A DNA stretch of 64,000 bases from contig OY970296.1 of the NCBI GenBank assembly GCA_963716175.1, forward strand, positions 64,001 to 128,000, in the 5' to 3' direction. A program made the translations under genes and the position numbers. The notes below the pieces were generated by a model. It saw only the letters and a list, made by a program, of their open reading frames with translations. It searched no databases and had not been told where the DNA came from. How positions within the stretch are numbered: the first letter of the stretch is position 1; each line of letters begins with the position of its first letter. Positions 62,169 to 64,000 of this stretch are shown in pieces. Source of the DNA: an uncultured Armatimonadetes bacterium (GTDB taxonomy: Bacteria > Armatimonadota > Hebobacteria > Hebobacterales > Hebobacteraceae).

Positions 62169-62540
62169 GTGGCCGCATCCGAGAAGCGGGGTCTCCCCAT
62201 GCCAGCCATCAGCGGTGACATTCTCAAGGGCAACACTCTCACTCTTATCCTCAGTCTGCTCGAAGAGCAGCCGATGTACGGGTTCCAGATCTCGCGAGAG
62301 GTCGAGCGGCGGAGCGAGGGGACGTTGCGCTTTAGAGAGGGGCTGCTCTATCCGGCACTGCACCAACTGGAGAAGGAAGAACTGGTCGAGGCCGAATGGA
62401 AGGTCTCGAGCCAGGGGCCGCGGCGCAAGTACTACCGGCTGACCGGGAAAGGCAGGCGGCAGGCGGAGAGGCTGCGCAGGAGATGGGCGGCATTCGCGGG
62501 CGCGGTGAACCAGGTGCTCGGGAGCAAGGCCCGTGGTTAG
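62169..62540 (+). CDS. PadR-family transcriptional regulator (start may be ATG 62199)
   Basis: ILSLL..QPMYGFQI, EGLLYPALHQLE, RKYYRLT. Confidence 0.92.
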   Translation: MAASEKRGLPMPAISGDILKGNTLTLILSLLEEQPMYGFQISREVERRSEGTLRFREGLLYPALHQLEKEELVEAEWKVSSQGPRRKYYRLTGKGRRQAERLRRRWAAFAGAVNQVLGSKARG

Positions 62541-63186
62541 CATCGAGGCGTACCTGGACAGAGTCTGCGGCAAGCTCCGGGTGAACCCGGCAGAGGCGGA
62601 GGACATCCGCGAGGAGCTGCGGTCTCACCTCGAAGAGACCATCCGCGGGCGGCTCGAGCGCGGACTCAGTGAAGCGGCCGCGATCGACTTCGCCATTGCC
62701 TCGGTCGGCGATCCGGTGAAGCTGCATGAGTGTCTCGACCGGGTGCATGGCGGCGACCCGTGGTGGGTGCGGCGGCTGAAGGGCTTTGCCTTCGGCATGC
62801 TCATGGGCGGGTTCCTCGCGCTGCTGATCCCCCTGGGCGGCCATTTCGAGTTCGCCGCCCGGCTGATCTCGCTCCCTGCAGCCGTCGATCCCTCTCGGCT
62901 CCCTATGCTGCTCAACGGTCTCCTCGCCGGCGGCGTCATTGGCTTGCTCGCCGCGGGTGGTGGCGGGGTACTGGTCGGGTGGAGCGCTGGCGCGGTGCTG
63001 TGGCTGGCCGAGTATGTAACCTATTGGATGGCGCAAGCCGCCGGTGGCGATGTGAGCTCGGCCGGCAGCATGCTCGAGCGGGTGCTGCTCGCGCCGCTCT
63101 TGGGTGGTCTCTTCGGTGCCGCGGTTGGCGCCGCGTCATCGGCCGTTCTCGCCGCGGCCTCTCGCTTCCGGCCGCGGGTTCAGTAG
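62533..63186 (+). CDS. Permease-prefix/HAAS-domain membrane protein
   Basis: IEAYL..V..EDIREELRSHLEE..GLSE..A..GDP followed by TM helices; coupled to padR. Confidence 0.75.
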   Translation: MVSIEAYLDRVCGKLRVNPAEAEDIREELRSHLEETIRGRLERGLSEAAAIDFAIASVGDPVKLHECLDRVHGGDPWWVRRLKGFAFGMLMGGFLALLIPLGGHFEFAARLISLPAAVDPSRLPMLLNGLLAGGVIGLLAAGGGGVLVGWSAGAVLWLAEYVTYWMAQAAGGDVSSAGSMLERVLLAPLLGGLFGAAVGAASSAVLAAASRFRPRVQ

Positions 63187-63270
63187 GCTCTCCTCTGAGT
63201 GATCGCGTACGATAGGCATTCTGGTGCGAGCAGTATATCAGTTGCTTATACTCCAAACTACAGAGGAAGC

Positions 63271-63894
63271 ATGCCCCGAGGCAGCTGGCTGATCGCACTC
63301 CTGCTTCTTGCCGTGTTCCCGCTGGCCGGGTGCGGGCGCAGTACCGCGCGAACCACCACACCGAGGGCGTCAAAGGCTGTGACGAGCATTCCATTGCCCG
63401 AGTGGGCGCCCAAGAGCCCGTCGCCGGAGTTCCTGCGGGCGGCGAGGGTGCTCAGGCCGATGCCGGATGAGGTCAGCGTAGCGCAGGACAGAGGGGACAT
63501 GGTCGGCAGAGCGTGGAGCGAGAAGTATCACCGCACCTTCGTCGCGGCCTGGGAGTTCTTCGGCAGTCTGACAGATCAGCAGATCGAGCGCTTCGTGGCG
63601 ACGAAGAGGCTGCGCCTGCTGGTCAAGGATCTGACACCGCAGCAGCGGGCCGCGCTGTACCACCACTTCGATGTCTGGCGGGAGACGATGAGGGGCGTGC
63701 CCGCGGACTACCAGGATCAGTTCGGGGAAGACTGGCTGGTTGAGCTGTACCGGCTTGGCGCGAAGCAGGACCTGTCGAACGTCGAGATCACCTTCGAGGT
63801 CCGGAGCAGTCATCGGGTGGCGATCTTCATGCGGGCGCAGTTGGCCGGGGGCAAGCTCAGCGCCCCGTGCCCGGCCGGGATCGGGCAGCTCTGA
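63271..63894 (+). CDS. Hypothetical lipoprotein
   Basis: Hydrophobic signal with LAGC lipobox. Confidence 0.65.
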   Translation: MPRGSWLIALLLLAVFPLAGCGRSTARTTTPRASKAVTSIPLPEWAPKSPSPEFLRAARVLRPMPDEVSVAQDRGDMVGRAWSEKYHRTFVAAWEFFGSLTDQQIERFVATKRLRLLVKDLTPQQRAALYHHFDVWRETMRGVPADYQDQFGEDWLVELYRLGAKQDLSNVEITFEVRSSHRVAIFMRAQLAGGKLSAPCPAGIGQL

Positions 63895-63914
63895 TGTGAT
63901 CGGAAGGAGGCAGT

Positions 63915-64000
63915 ATGCGCGGCAGTGCGATGGGCCTGCTGGCGGCAGTGCTGGTCGCATTCTGCATGGCGGGTTGTGGGCGGAAGTCGGCCCAGCAGCC
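63915..64000 (+). CDS. Hypothetical lipoprotein, 3' partial
   Basis: AAGGAGG SD; MRGSAMGLLAAVLVAFCMAGC. Confidence 0.55.
   Translation, partial: MRGSAMGLLAAVLVAFCMAGCGRKSAQQ

Overview
GC-rich bacterial DNA, most likely Armatimonadota or a similar lineage (inferred from gene families only). The window is a carbohydrate-utilisation region that has been heavily eroded by IS elements. It holds six paralogous Cys-rich prepilin-type (N-methylation + H-X9-DG) genes interleaved with CAZyme and sugar-catabolic genes (GH4, GH2-like, GHL6/GH29-like, heparinase II-like lyase, beta-helix protein, deacetylase, isomerases, dehydrogenases) and two DUF6785-like polytopic membrane proteins. The best candidate for an undescribed system is a pilin-like-protein-based polysaccharide-utilisation module. 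One pilin-like gene shares a position-conserved AraC-type promoter motif with the GH2-like/DUF6785 operon, another shares overlapping divergent promoters and a LacI-type operator with a GH4 operon, and the family has conserved leader and 3' RNA elements. Also present: an uncharacterised radical SAM/Ycf46-AAA/DUF1257/TPR/DUF2997/pseudo-signal-peptidase/PilT operon, three copies plus remnants of a TG..CA DDE (rve) IS, remnants of a second IS family, tyrosine recombinase fragments, and an intact IS110 with a structured non-coding end (bridge-RNA candidate). Several frameshifts may be sequencing errors. I recognised no rRNA, tRNA or CRISPR array. Family assignments come from motif recognition, not database searches.
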